Assembly: GCF_006345805.1 (NCBI RefSeq) | Contig: NW_021824278.1 | Location: 1-19,359 of the forward strand | Reading direction: 5' to 3' | Source: Octopus sinensis | Lineage: Eukaryota | DNA: 19,359 nt | Part shown: one piece after another, positions 1 to 9,539 of the stretch | Layout of the letters: the number at the start of each line of letters is the position of its first letter | How positions within the stretch are numbered: position 1 is the first letter of the stretch | Notes under the pieces: model-generated | Told to the model about the DNA's origin: nothing | The model's input: only the letters and a program-made list of their open reading frames with translations | The model's database searches: none | Program-made: the position numbers and the translations under genes

Positions 1-455
1 GTGAGTGTTTGTGTATGTGTTTGTTCGCGCGTGTGTGTGCTTGTTTCGGGTATATGATTACAAGAAACAAGAATTTCTCTGTCTCAGTGATAGAAAAAAC
101 ATGGAGTTTTCATTACGCTCTAAATAATACGTGACTCTCAAAGTGTTTCTGTTCAAACTGGCGCATAAATTAATATATCCATCCATTTGTTATAAATTAA
201 CAAATGTTGACAGTAAGACTAACCATTTCCTCTGCGATTCCTAGAGAAAAACTTCCCGCTACTCAGCCCATTTCCCTACTTCCTATTTTTCTTTGTTACA
301 TGGGACCACCTCATACGACGTTCCACATTTACATCTTTTTAAATCTCATTATCTGGCTTGCACCGAGGAATTTTCAACTTTCTGTTAAAAACCGAAGCAT
401 TTAATTTTTTGAGTCAGAGGGAAAAAGAGAAGTGCTGTTGATTATCACTAACCCC

Positions 456-709
456 GTCATCATCATCATCATAGGCAGCTTCAGCATCAACATCATCATC
501 ATCATCATCATCATCATCACCATCGGCATCATCATCATCATCATCATCACCATCGTCGTGACCAAGATCACATTTATCATCATCTTTATCATCATCATCC
601 TCATCATTATCCTCCTCCTCATCATCGTCATTAACATCATCATCTTCATCGTCGTCATCGTCGTCGTCAACATCGTCATCATAATCATCATCTATATTAA
701 ATTTATCTA

Positions 710-755
<46 letters not shown>

Positions 756-918
756 GTTATTATTATTATTATTATTATCATCATCATCATCCCTTTCATC
801 ATCATCATCACTATCACCACCATTACGATCATCACAAATATTACCATCACCTCATTATGATTATTGTTATTGTTCTTATCATTATCGTTATCATTATTCT
901 CGCTTATTATTATTATTA

Positions 919-967
<49 letters not shown>

Positions 968-1030
968 CATTATTATTATTATTATTATTTTTATTATCAT
1001 TATTATTATTATTATTATTTTATTATTATT
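456..1030. repeat. Degenerate (CAT)n followed by (TAT)n trinucleotide microsatellite block
   Basis: Directly visible catcatcat/gtcatc and attattatt runs; explains the ORFs at 401-1078. Confidence 0.97.
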
Positions 1031-1602
1031 ATTTTCCATTTCTTTGAAAAATTAATCGCAGAAAATTTCGTCACATGAAAATTTATGAGGTCATACGTGT
1101 AAATTTCATGTGCATGCCTAAATGCACACGCATGCATTCATAACAATACGTGTGTACTTTGATATTTCCTTCTACGCCTATCAGTCATCGTTTCACTTTA
1201 ATTCTATATTTCTCGTATAAACATAACGCTAAGATATATTCCTCCACCCACCCTGATCTCATCAGTAAGCGTAATAGCCCACCCTACCCTATGATGCAAA
1301 GCAGGTCATCCTATCATCCGCTATAATCCTCTCCCTATCTCATTTCTCTTTTTATTTTTTGTTTGTCTTTTACATTTTATCTTTACTTTCTATCTTTAAT
1401 TTCTACTTTCACTTTCGTTTTCCATGTAAAATTTCCTTTCACCCATCCTCCCTCAACTCCTTTCTCTTTAACAAAACTCGAACTCGAATCGTTCCGTTTC
1501 AACCCAACACTACCTTTCCCTCCCGTACCACTTTGAAATTTTAGACTTTTAACGTGAAAAAGTTATTTTCTCACTGTGAAAATTGTTCCGCTCTAACAAT
1601 TC

Positions 1603-1750
1603 ATATACACACAAACACACATATACACACGAGCTCCCACCCCAACATATTTTTATATATTCAAGTGTGTGTGTGTGTGTGTGTGCGTGTGCGTGTATGT
1701 GTGTGTGTATGCATGCATAGGTGTGTGTATCTATATGTGCGTGTATCTAT
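1603..1750. repeat. (CA)n and (TG)n dinucleotide tracts
   Basis: cacacaaacacac followed by gtgtgtgtgtgtgcgtgtg. Confidence 0.9.
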
Positions 1751-1992
1751 GTATGACTACATGTATATAATTTTCTTAAAATTCATCGTCAAATATTTTT
1801 AGTTAGTCAAACGTATGCGGTGTTGTTTTCGTATTTTTATTTGTGTTTTGTTCTTATTGAAGTGATCCTACTCCCTGTTTCACAATTAAAAGGGCCCAAG
1901 GCAACAACAGTAGGGACTCCATTAGCTGAATCTGAACTCCTTCAGTATTGATTGACGTCCATAGAAATAGCATGAAATGTTTTAAAATCCCC

Positions 1993-2195
1993 AGTAATAA
2001 CAACAATAAAACAAATAATAATCGAAGATCAAATCGTAATAATAATACCTTTCCGTTTATGGTGATGACAACGATAATGATGATGTTAGTGGTGGCGCTG
2101 CTGATCATAATAATAACAATAAAAAAACAATAATGATATAGTGACTACCATATGAATAATGCAGACGACAATGATACTACTACTACTACTACTAC

Positions 2196-2273
<78 letters not shown>
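1993..2273. repeat. Degenerate (AAT)/(GAT)/(ACT)n microsatellite ending in a pure (AAT)n run
   Basis: Visible trinucleotide runs directly abutting the element at 2274. Confidence 0.93.
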
Positions 2274-2274
<1 letters not shown>

Positions 2275-2930
2275 TGGGGGAGCATCATAGCCATGTGTTG
2301 AGAGGGATTCTTTGGGGTTTGAATAATTCACCTCTGGAAACATGGGTGTTTCGTTCAACGTCCTTAAACAACCCTTATTCAGGGACCTTTTGAGCAGGAT
2401 AGGTTACTCGACCAGAAGAAAATTCTAACTGGGCACCACCCGCAAGGTCATGCGCTGTTTATCTTGATATGAGATCACCATGTCGCGCATATATGGTTGT
2501 GATGCATGTGCCTGGTGTACCATTATCAGACGGGTAGTCATGATGGGTATACTGGGCTTCATATATTTTACCCCAGTGTCACTTTGATGGTATAAAAGAT
2601 GGGCTACAGCAAATATTCTGCTCAATACCACAGATTTGCTTGTCAGATATTTGACCATAACCAGTTGAGCATGGCTCTTGGTGGCTGACGATATGTGCAT
2701 CTCTGATCACGATGGGTATACTGGGCTTCGTATATTTTTCCCTTTCATCCTTTCGGGGTCGATAAATTAAGTGCCAGTTACGCACTAGCGTTGATGTAAT
2801 CGACTTAATCCCTTTACCTGTCCTTGTTTGTCCCCTCTGTGTTTAGCCCCTTGTGTGTAGTAAAGAAATGATATTTTACCCCAGTGTCACTTCGATGGCA
2901 TGTACTGCTCTCTCACTCAACAACAACAAC

Positions 2931-2985
<55 letters not shown>
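2274..2985 (+). mobile_element. Probable 3' end(s) of a non-LTR retroelement with (AAC/AAT)n tail, internally rearranged
   Basis: Non-coding block ending ctctctcactcaa + (aac)n(aat)n tail (2921-2985); 49-nt segment 2542-2590 is repeated at 2711-2738 + 2871-2898. Family assignment is from recollection of octopus repeats. Confidence 0.65.
2739..2870 (+). mobile_element. 5'-truncated SINE (family B, same as 15015-15247) with 7-bp TSD
   Basis: Matches the reverse complement of about 15016-15145; flanked by atatttt at 2732-2738 and 2871-2877. Confidence 0.85.
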
Positions 2986-2986
<1 letters not shown>

Positions 2987-3144
2987 TAATACACAGTAAA
3001 TGTATTATTGTTAAGCGAAGAGTAGGAAACTGCATGTGTGTGACTTTGAAGAATTTCTCCTTGTTGAGTTAATTATTATATTATCCAATATCTGCCTCTC
3101 TATTTACCCGCGTATACATCGTCTTGTGTACATAGTGTTCATAT

Positions 3145-3405
3145 TCTCTTTTACTCTTTTAACTTGCTACAGTCATTTGACTGTAGCCATGCTGGAGCAC
3201 CGCCTTTAGTCGAGCAAATCGACCCCGGGTCTTATTCTTTGTAAGCCTAGCACTTATCCTATCGGTTCTCTTTTGCCGAACCGCTAAGTTATGGGGGACG
3301 TAAACACACCAGCATCGGTTTTCAAGTGATGTTGGGGGACAAACACAGACACACAAACATACACACACAGACACAGACACACACAGACACAGACACACAC
3401 ACATC

Positions 3406-3455
<50 letters not shown>

Positions 3456-3628
3456 CATAGATACGAAAGGCTTCTTTCAGTTTACCAAATCTGAAAGATT
3501 TACCGAATCCACTCACGGCCTGAGGCTATATATAGTAGAAGACACTTGCCCAAGGTGCCATGCAGTGGGAATGAACCCGGAACTATGTGGTTCGTGAGCA
3601 AGCTACCTACCACACAAACCCTCCGACG
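3145..3628 (-). mobile_element. tRNA-headed SINE, family A, with internal (CA)/(TA) microsatellite
   Basis: Reverse complement aligns along its length with 5440-5835 (38/39 identity between 3191-3229 and revcomp of 5754-5792); same orientation as 11648-12065. Confidence 0.92.
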
Positions 3629-3742
3629 TGTATACATATGTCTGTATGTGTATATATGTATTCAACAATGGAGGAGGAGGAGGAGGGGGAGTACACCTCG
3701 CTATCTGAAAATATTTTGCTGAAGCGAAATTATATATATATA

Positions 3743-3786
<44 letters not shown>

Positions 3787-4014
3787 TGTGTGTGTGTGTG
3801 TGTGCGTGTGTGTGTCTAATTATAGCTTTTTTTAATTATTTATATACGTTTGTCTGTGATCTTTTTCTTTGCATTATTATGTCATTTTAATGAAGATTTA
3901 ATGTTCTAAATATTTACACAAGAATTTTACATTCTTATATTCCTTCGTATTCCTAATCGTCCCTTTATATCACACCGTTGATCCTGTATTTGATTGTGTT
4001 CTACAGTGTTGTAG

Positions 4015-4152
4015 CTATTGTTGTTGTTAGCAGTAGTAGTAGTAGTAGTAGTAGTAGTATCCATATTATTATTATTATTAATCATATTGTTATTATTATT
4101 ATTATTACTTTTATTATTATTATCATTATTATTATTATTATTATTATTGTTG

Positions 4153-4184
<32 letters not shown>

Positions 4185-4188
4185 GTTG

Positions 4189-4231
<43 letters not shown>

Positions 4232-4255
4232 TATTATTATTGCCATTAGTGTAGT
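4015..4255. repeat. (GTT)/(AGT)/(ATT)n microsatellite
   Basis: Visible trinucleotide runs. Confidence 0.95.
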
Positions 4256-4361
4256 TACTATTTTCTTCCTTGTTATTTATATATTGTCGTCGATGTATGT
4301 AACGGCTGCTAAGTTTTCATAGCGACATATTGTGTTTAAAATTGTTTGAAATTCAACTCAC

Positions 4362-4459
4362 ATAAACTTCAGTTTCGAGAAGTTTTTCAAAAGCCTTAAG
4401 TGCGTGCCAAATTTCCATTGTAAGCAGCGTGAATCGGCAGTTAACAACGCAGCGATATC
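4362..4459 (-). CDS. Candidate internal coding exon (98 nt) of an unidentified gene; [32 protein letters not shown] if entered in phase 0
   Basis: Minus-strand acceptor tttgcttttccaatag and donor TAT|gtgagt. Phase 0 is open and matches the upstream exon. The phase-1 frame ([32 protein letters not shown]) is also open, so the frame rests on the join. Confidence 0.62.
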
Positions 4460-4514
4460 CTATTGGAAAAGCAAATTACAAAAAGGAATGTATGTGTGTG
4501 TTTGAGTGCTCGTG

Positions 4515-4517
<3 letters not shown>

Positions 4518-4608
<91 letters not shown>

Positions 4609-4704
4609 TGTACATATATATAAAGATAGATAGATAGATTGTAGGGTAGGTATATATATATATATATCTATATATATATATATATATATAATATATATAG
4701 ATAG

Positions 4705-4753
<49 letters not shown>

Positions 4754-5265
4754 TAGATATGATATATATATATATAGATATATATATAGAGAGAGAGATA
4801 GATAGATATGTATATATATAATTATATATATATAGATATATATATATAGAGAGAGAGATAGATAGAATGTATATATATATATATATATAGATATATATAT
4901 AGAGAGAGAGATAGATAGATATGTATATATATATAGATATATATATAGAGAGAGAGATAGATAGATATGTATATATATATATAGATATATATATATAGAG
5001 AGAGATAGATAGATATGTATATATAGATTATATATATAGAGAGAGATAGATAGATATGATATATATATATAGATATATATAGAGAGAGAGATAGACAGAT
5101 ATGTATATATATATAGAGAGAGAGATAGATAGACAGATATGTATATATATAGATATATATATAGAGAGAGAGACAGATATATATATATATATAGATATAT
5201 ATAGAGAGAGATAGATAGATATGTATATATAGATATATATAGAGAGAGATAGATAGATATGTATA
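4518..5265. repeat. Compound (TA)n/(TAGA)n/(GA)n array with about 40-45 bp higher-order units
   Basis: Recurrent unit resembling tatatagagagagagatagatagatatgtatatatatatagata from about 4730 to 5260. Confidence 0.93.
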
Positions 5266-5314
5266 TAATGTTTATCATAAAATGGGGTTATTTAAATATG
5301 AAGACAAACCTTAC

Positions 5315-5398
5315 AATGAATAACGAGTAAGTAACAGAGTCATATGGGTTAACAATATAACGGTTATTTCCAAATATGTAGATGGGAAAAGGATTTGC
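5315..5398 (-). CDS. Candidate internal coding exon (84 nt, phase 0-0): ANPFPIYIFGNNRYIVNPYDSVTYSLFI
   Basis: Minus-strand acceptor tttactttcttaacag and donor ATT|gtaagg; unique sequence between repeats; joins in frame to 4459-4362. Confidence 0.62.
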
Positions 5399-5439
5399 CT
5401 GTTAAGAAAGTAAACTTTATAAATATGTATACACATATA

Positions 5440-5835
5440 GGCGCAGGAGTGGCTGTGTGGTAAGTAGCTTGCTAACCAACCACATGGTTCCGGGTTCAGT
5501 CCCACTGCGTGGCACCTTGGGCAAGTGTCTGCTACTATAGCCTCGGGCCGACCAAAGCCTTGTGAATGGATTTGGTAGACGGAAACTGAAAGAAGGCTGT
5601 CGTATATATGTATATATATATATATGTATTTGTGTGTGTTTGTCTGTCTGTGTTTGTCCCCCTAGCATTGCTTGACAACCGATGCTGGTGTGTTTATGTC
5701 CCCGTCGGCAAAAGAGACAGATAGAATAAGTACTGGGCTTACAAAAAATAAATCCCGGGGTCGAGTTGCTCGACTAAAGGCGGTGCTCCAGCATGGCCGC
5801 AGTCAACTGACTGAAACAAGTAAATGAGTAAATGA
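5440..5835 (+). mobile_element. Near full-length tRNA-headed SINE, family A
   Basis: A-box-like ggctgtgtggtaag, B-box-like gggttcagtccc, internal TA/TG tract, short gagtaaat-type tail; lacks about 12 nt (after cccgt at about 5705) present in the other two copies. Confidence 0.93.
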
Positions 5836-5892
5836 GAATGAGTATGTAAAAAAGGTGAAACAAAATAAAGACTACGTAGTTCTATACATGTG

Positions 5893-6154
5893 AAGGCGCG
5901 AGGCTAGTGGTTAGGGCGTTGGACTCAGGAGCGCAAGATTATGGTTTCGATTCTTGGAACGGCAATGCTTTGTGTTCTTGAGCAAATGATCTAATTTCCA
6001 GTTGCTCCAGTCCACTCAGTTGGCAAAAATTGCAAAACCCTGCGACGGACGTGCGTCCCGTCCAGGTGGGGAATATATCATGCCATGAAAAGTGGGAAAC
6101 CGGGACACTGGATTTTATGAGTCGGCATGACTTGAGAAGGTAACTTTACCTTTA
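5893..6154 (+). mobile_element. tRNA-headed SINE with ccctgcgacggac...cccgtccagg central motif and actttaccttta tail
   Basis: A-box-like ggctagtggttagg, B-box-like ggtttcgattc; head start tgaaggcgc shared with 9538-9547. Confidence 0.8.
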
Positions 6155-6225
6155 GTTATGTATAGATGTGTGTTTGAATGTAAGTGTGTGTATGTGTGTG
6201 TAATTGTGTTAAACTAAATATATAC

Positions 6226-6316
6226 ATCTCTAAGCAATCCTTTTGGCCACAATGATTTAGACGATTTCGCTATGGAGACCTCAGCCTTGAAGAACGTCAG
6301 CATCGTGGAAGCCCAT
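6226..6316 (-). CDS. Weak candidate upstream exon: (x)WASTMLTFFKAEVSIAKSSKSLWPKGLLRD, ending in phase 0
   Basis: Only one minus frame is open through the island; acceptors possible before 6316 (acag) or 6285 (ttcttcaag); donor GAT|gtatat is weak; the phase is compatible with the 5398 exon. Confidence 0.3.
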
Positions 6317-6317
6317 C

Positions 6318-6370
6318 TGTATGTATGTATGCATGTATGTATGTATGTATGTATGTATGTATATATATAT

Positions 6371-6404
<34 letters not shown>
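6318..6404. repeat. (TATG)n/(TA)n microsatellite
   Basis: Directly visible. Confidence 0.95.
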
Positions 6405-6606
6405 GGAAAAGTTTACGAAAAAAACAAAAACGAAGAAAGGTGGTGTACAAAACAAACAGATGATTAGTATAACGCTCAGGAATAGGAAGAAAGTATTTTA
6501 CGTTTCGAGCCTACGCTCTTCTACAGAAAGGGACACAGAAAACAAGGAGAGAAACAAGGAGAGAAAAAATGTATGTAGTGGCTGACGATCTATCATGGCG
6601 CTGGCC
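6405..6606 (-). mobile_element. Probable Penelope-like element terminal-repeat fragment
   Basis: About 200-bp non-coding block between microsatellites carrying a minimal hammerhead-like motif, a known hallmark of Penelope-like terminal repeats; no RT or GIY-YIG coding sequence seen. Confidence 0.5.
6496..6529 (-). ncRNA. Minimal type I hammerhead-ribozyme-like motif with variant core (CUGUAGA)
   Basis: Minus strand reads UUU CUGUAGA A GAGC GUAG GCUC GAAA CGU A AAA: 4-bp stem II, palindromic ACGU stem III, GUA cleavage triplet, 3-bp stem I. Confidence 0.5.
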
Positions 6607-7185
6607 ATGTATGTATGTATGTATGTATGCATGTATGTATGTATACATGTATGTATGTATGTATGTATGTATGTATGTATGTATGTATGCATGTATGCAT
6701 GTAAGTATGTATGCATGCATGTATGTATGTATGCATGTATGCATGTATGTACGCATGTATGCATGTATGCATGTATGATGTATATATGTATGCATGTATG
6801 CATGCATGTATGTATGTATGTATGTATGTATGCATGTATGTATGTTTGTTTGTGTATATGTATGTTTGTGTGTGTATATCTGTATTCATGTATGTATGTA
6901 TGTATGTGTGTATGCATATATACTTCTGTGTGTATGCATATATGCTTGTGTGTGTGTGTGTGTATGTATGTATTTACGTATGTATGTATAATTGTATGTA
7001 TGCATGCATGTATGTATGTATTTATGTATACATGTATGTATGTATGTATGCTTGCATGTATGTATGTATGTATGTTTTCATGTATATATGTATGTATCTG
7101 TGTATGCATATATACTTCTGTGTGTATGCATATATGCTTGTGTGTGTGTGTGTGTATGTATGTATTTACGTATGTATGTATGTTT
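6607..7185. repeat. (TATG)/(CATG)/(TG)n array containing an internal about 80-bp duplication (period 192)
   Basis: tacttctg at 6921 and 7113 within identical flanking blocks. Confidence 0.93.
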
Positions 7186-7639
7186 CTTGCTACTAAATCT
7201 ACTCCTAAGTAATCCATTGGTCCTATGCCCAGGGCAAAAAACCACGTGCATTATGTGCCGCGTAGTGATTCCAAACCAGTTGACTGCAGCCGCCTGGTTG
7301 CACATCTAGCTTCGTAATCACGCGACGGAATCCACGCCGAGAATAAATATATTTCATAAAATAATTCGGGTTGTTCACTGACATAGACAAAGCGAGAAAA
7401 AAAATAAAATAATAAAAATGAGGAAAAGAGAGAGAGACGAAGAGAAAATGTGACAGAGGAATTAGAATGAAGGGCACTAGATTTAGCTTTAAATAGAATC
7501 CTTGGAAGAGATAATGAGGATGGAGGGGAGATGGTGAAAGATACGGACAATGACAAACGTGGTAAATTTAAGCTGCATATTAAGGAAATTGTCTGGATAA
7601 ATAATTTAGCTTGTTTTGTTCCTGATTTTTTCGCCTGTG

Positions 7640-7971
7640 TATATATATATATATATATATAATTATATTTATATATAATGATATATATAATTATATTTAT
7701 ATATATATATATATAATTATTTTATATATATATTATATAATTATATTTATATATATATATATAATTATATTTATATATATATATATAATTATATTTATAT
7801 ATAATGATATATATAATTATATTTATATATATATATATAATTATATTTATATATATATATATATAATTATATTTATATATAATGATATATATAATTATAT
7901 TATATATATATATATAATTATATTTATATATATATATATATATATAATTATATTATATATATATATATAAT

Positions 7972-8002
<31 letters not shown>

Positions 8003-8385
8003 ATTATATTTATAATATTATATATATATATATATGTATGAATATGCATGTATATTTATAATATATATATATATGTATGAATATGCATGTATATTATATA
8101 TATATATATAATGTATATGTATGCATATATATGTGTGCATATGTATTGCTGTTCTATATATTTGTACGCACACAAACACACGTATATATATATATATGTT
8201 TGTATTTATGTATATGCATGTATGTATACAAATGTATTCATGTATGTATAAACATATTTATTCATATATATTCATAACTCTTATCCATATACATGTATAC
8301 ACACAAATATATATGTACATATATTTATATACACACACATATATGCATATACATACATATATTATATACATATATATACAAAATT
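7640..8385. repeat. (TA)n array with about 24-28 bp higher-order units (7640-8030), then degenerate TA/CA/TG repeats
   Basis: Repeated ataattatatttatatatatat units with variant ataatgatatat at about 7676, 7801 and 7879. Confidence 0.93.
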
Positions 8386-8667
8386 AATGGAATATAGACG
8401 TTATTGATGATAAGGTAGGACAAAAAACAAAAAATAGTAAAAATATTGTGAAAGCGCATCACAATGAAATAAATAGATAGACAGATATATATTTGAAGAA
8501 ATGTGTGATGTACAGAGAAAGAATTGAGAAATCATAAGAACAGAAAAGAATAGGAAAATATGAAAATTGACACAATATTGTAGAATTAATGAAATGATTT
8601 CACGAACATTCTCCAGAATTGAAGAGAAAAACTAGGATAAAAAGTAAAAAAAAGAATAAAAAGAATT

Positions 8668-8671
8668 ATTC

Positions 8672-8726
<55 letters not shown>

Positions 8727-8867
8727 GTTATTATCACTTTCGTTTTGCATTTCTTCGTCGATTTAATTCAATTTAAACCAATTCAATCGCTATTGTATAC
8801 AAATACAATGAACTAGAATTTGCATACCGAAATTGCAGAAATAGGATAAATATAATTATATATGTAT

Positions 8868-8901
<34 letters not shown>

Positions 8902-8934
8902 ACATATATACATATATATATTATACATATATAC

Positions 8935-8972
<38 letters not shown>

Positions 8973-8975
8973 GAT

Positions 8976-9008
<33 letters not shown>

Positions 9009-9045
9009 CTATATATATGAATGTATGTATGTGTATGAATATATA
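8668..9045. repeat. (ATT)n run (8668-8735) and (TA)/(TACA)n run (8850-9045)
   Basis: Directly visible. Confidence 0.9.
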
Positions 9046-9221
9046 GAATATAAAGGATTGTACATGAACAAAGTAGTGTAATCAATACCTGAGCAGAGTG
9101 AACTATATATAAATGATACAATACTTTGTAACATACGCCATGTCTCTGAGTTTCATGTTTTACTAATTAATGCCTTTCTGAAATTGGCAATCCTCAGGCA
9201 AAACTACTATTCTGGAAATAT

Positions 9222-9457
9222 CGTACACCGACGAGATGCCCAATGCACCCTTGCCGAAGGGCAAGAAACCGAAGCTAAGAAGCCGAACGGACACAATGCC
9301 GAAAGGACAAGATGCCGAAAAGACATACGAAAATTCAACCATGTAGGTAGGATTTTTTTTATTAATGTATCCGTCCGGTTTTTAGTTCCGTTCGGCATAG
9401 TGTCCGTTCGGCTTCTTGTCCTTCGGCAAATTGCATTTGAAATCTTGTCTGCTCACG
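9222..9457. mobile_element. Fold-back / MITE-like element with long imperfect inverted repeats built from about 16-bp GCCGAA-containing motifs
   Basis: 9277-9303 vs revcomp 9391-9417 = 26/27; 9251-9264 vs revcomp 9416-9429 = 13/14; weaker symmetry continues outward to about 9222/9457. Confidence 0.78.
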
Positions 9458-9539
9458 GGTATTATAGAATACTCCGAAATCTGAAAAGTCCATATTGGCT
9501 TGTTCTATATGTTAGTAAGGCAGTAGTTATAAAATAGTG

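Noticed and set aside
417-851. 145-codon Met-less Asp/Asn-rich open frame on the minus strand, downstream of the candidate exons
   Set aside because: No single substitution turns GAT into a stop, so openness is expected in a (GAT)n array; there is no credible acceptor.
1854-2108. Unique-looking segment 1860-1990 and overlapping ORFs
   Set aside because: Plus frames stop within about 30 codons, there is no good acceptor/donor pair on either strand, and no recognisable motif.
4460-5278. 272-aa minus-strand ORF and the 200-240 aa ORFs at 6498-7217 and 17120-17839
   Set aside because: Translations of (TA)/(TAGA)/(TATG) microsatellites.
9184-9537. 117-aa plus-strand ORF with normal-looking composition
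   Set aside because: It spans the inverted-repeat element; its sequence is explained by the repeated GCCGAA motifs, with no protein-family features.
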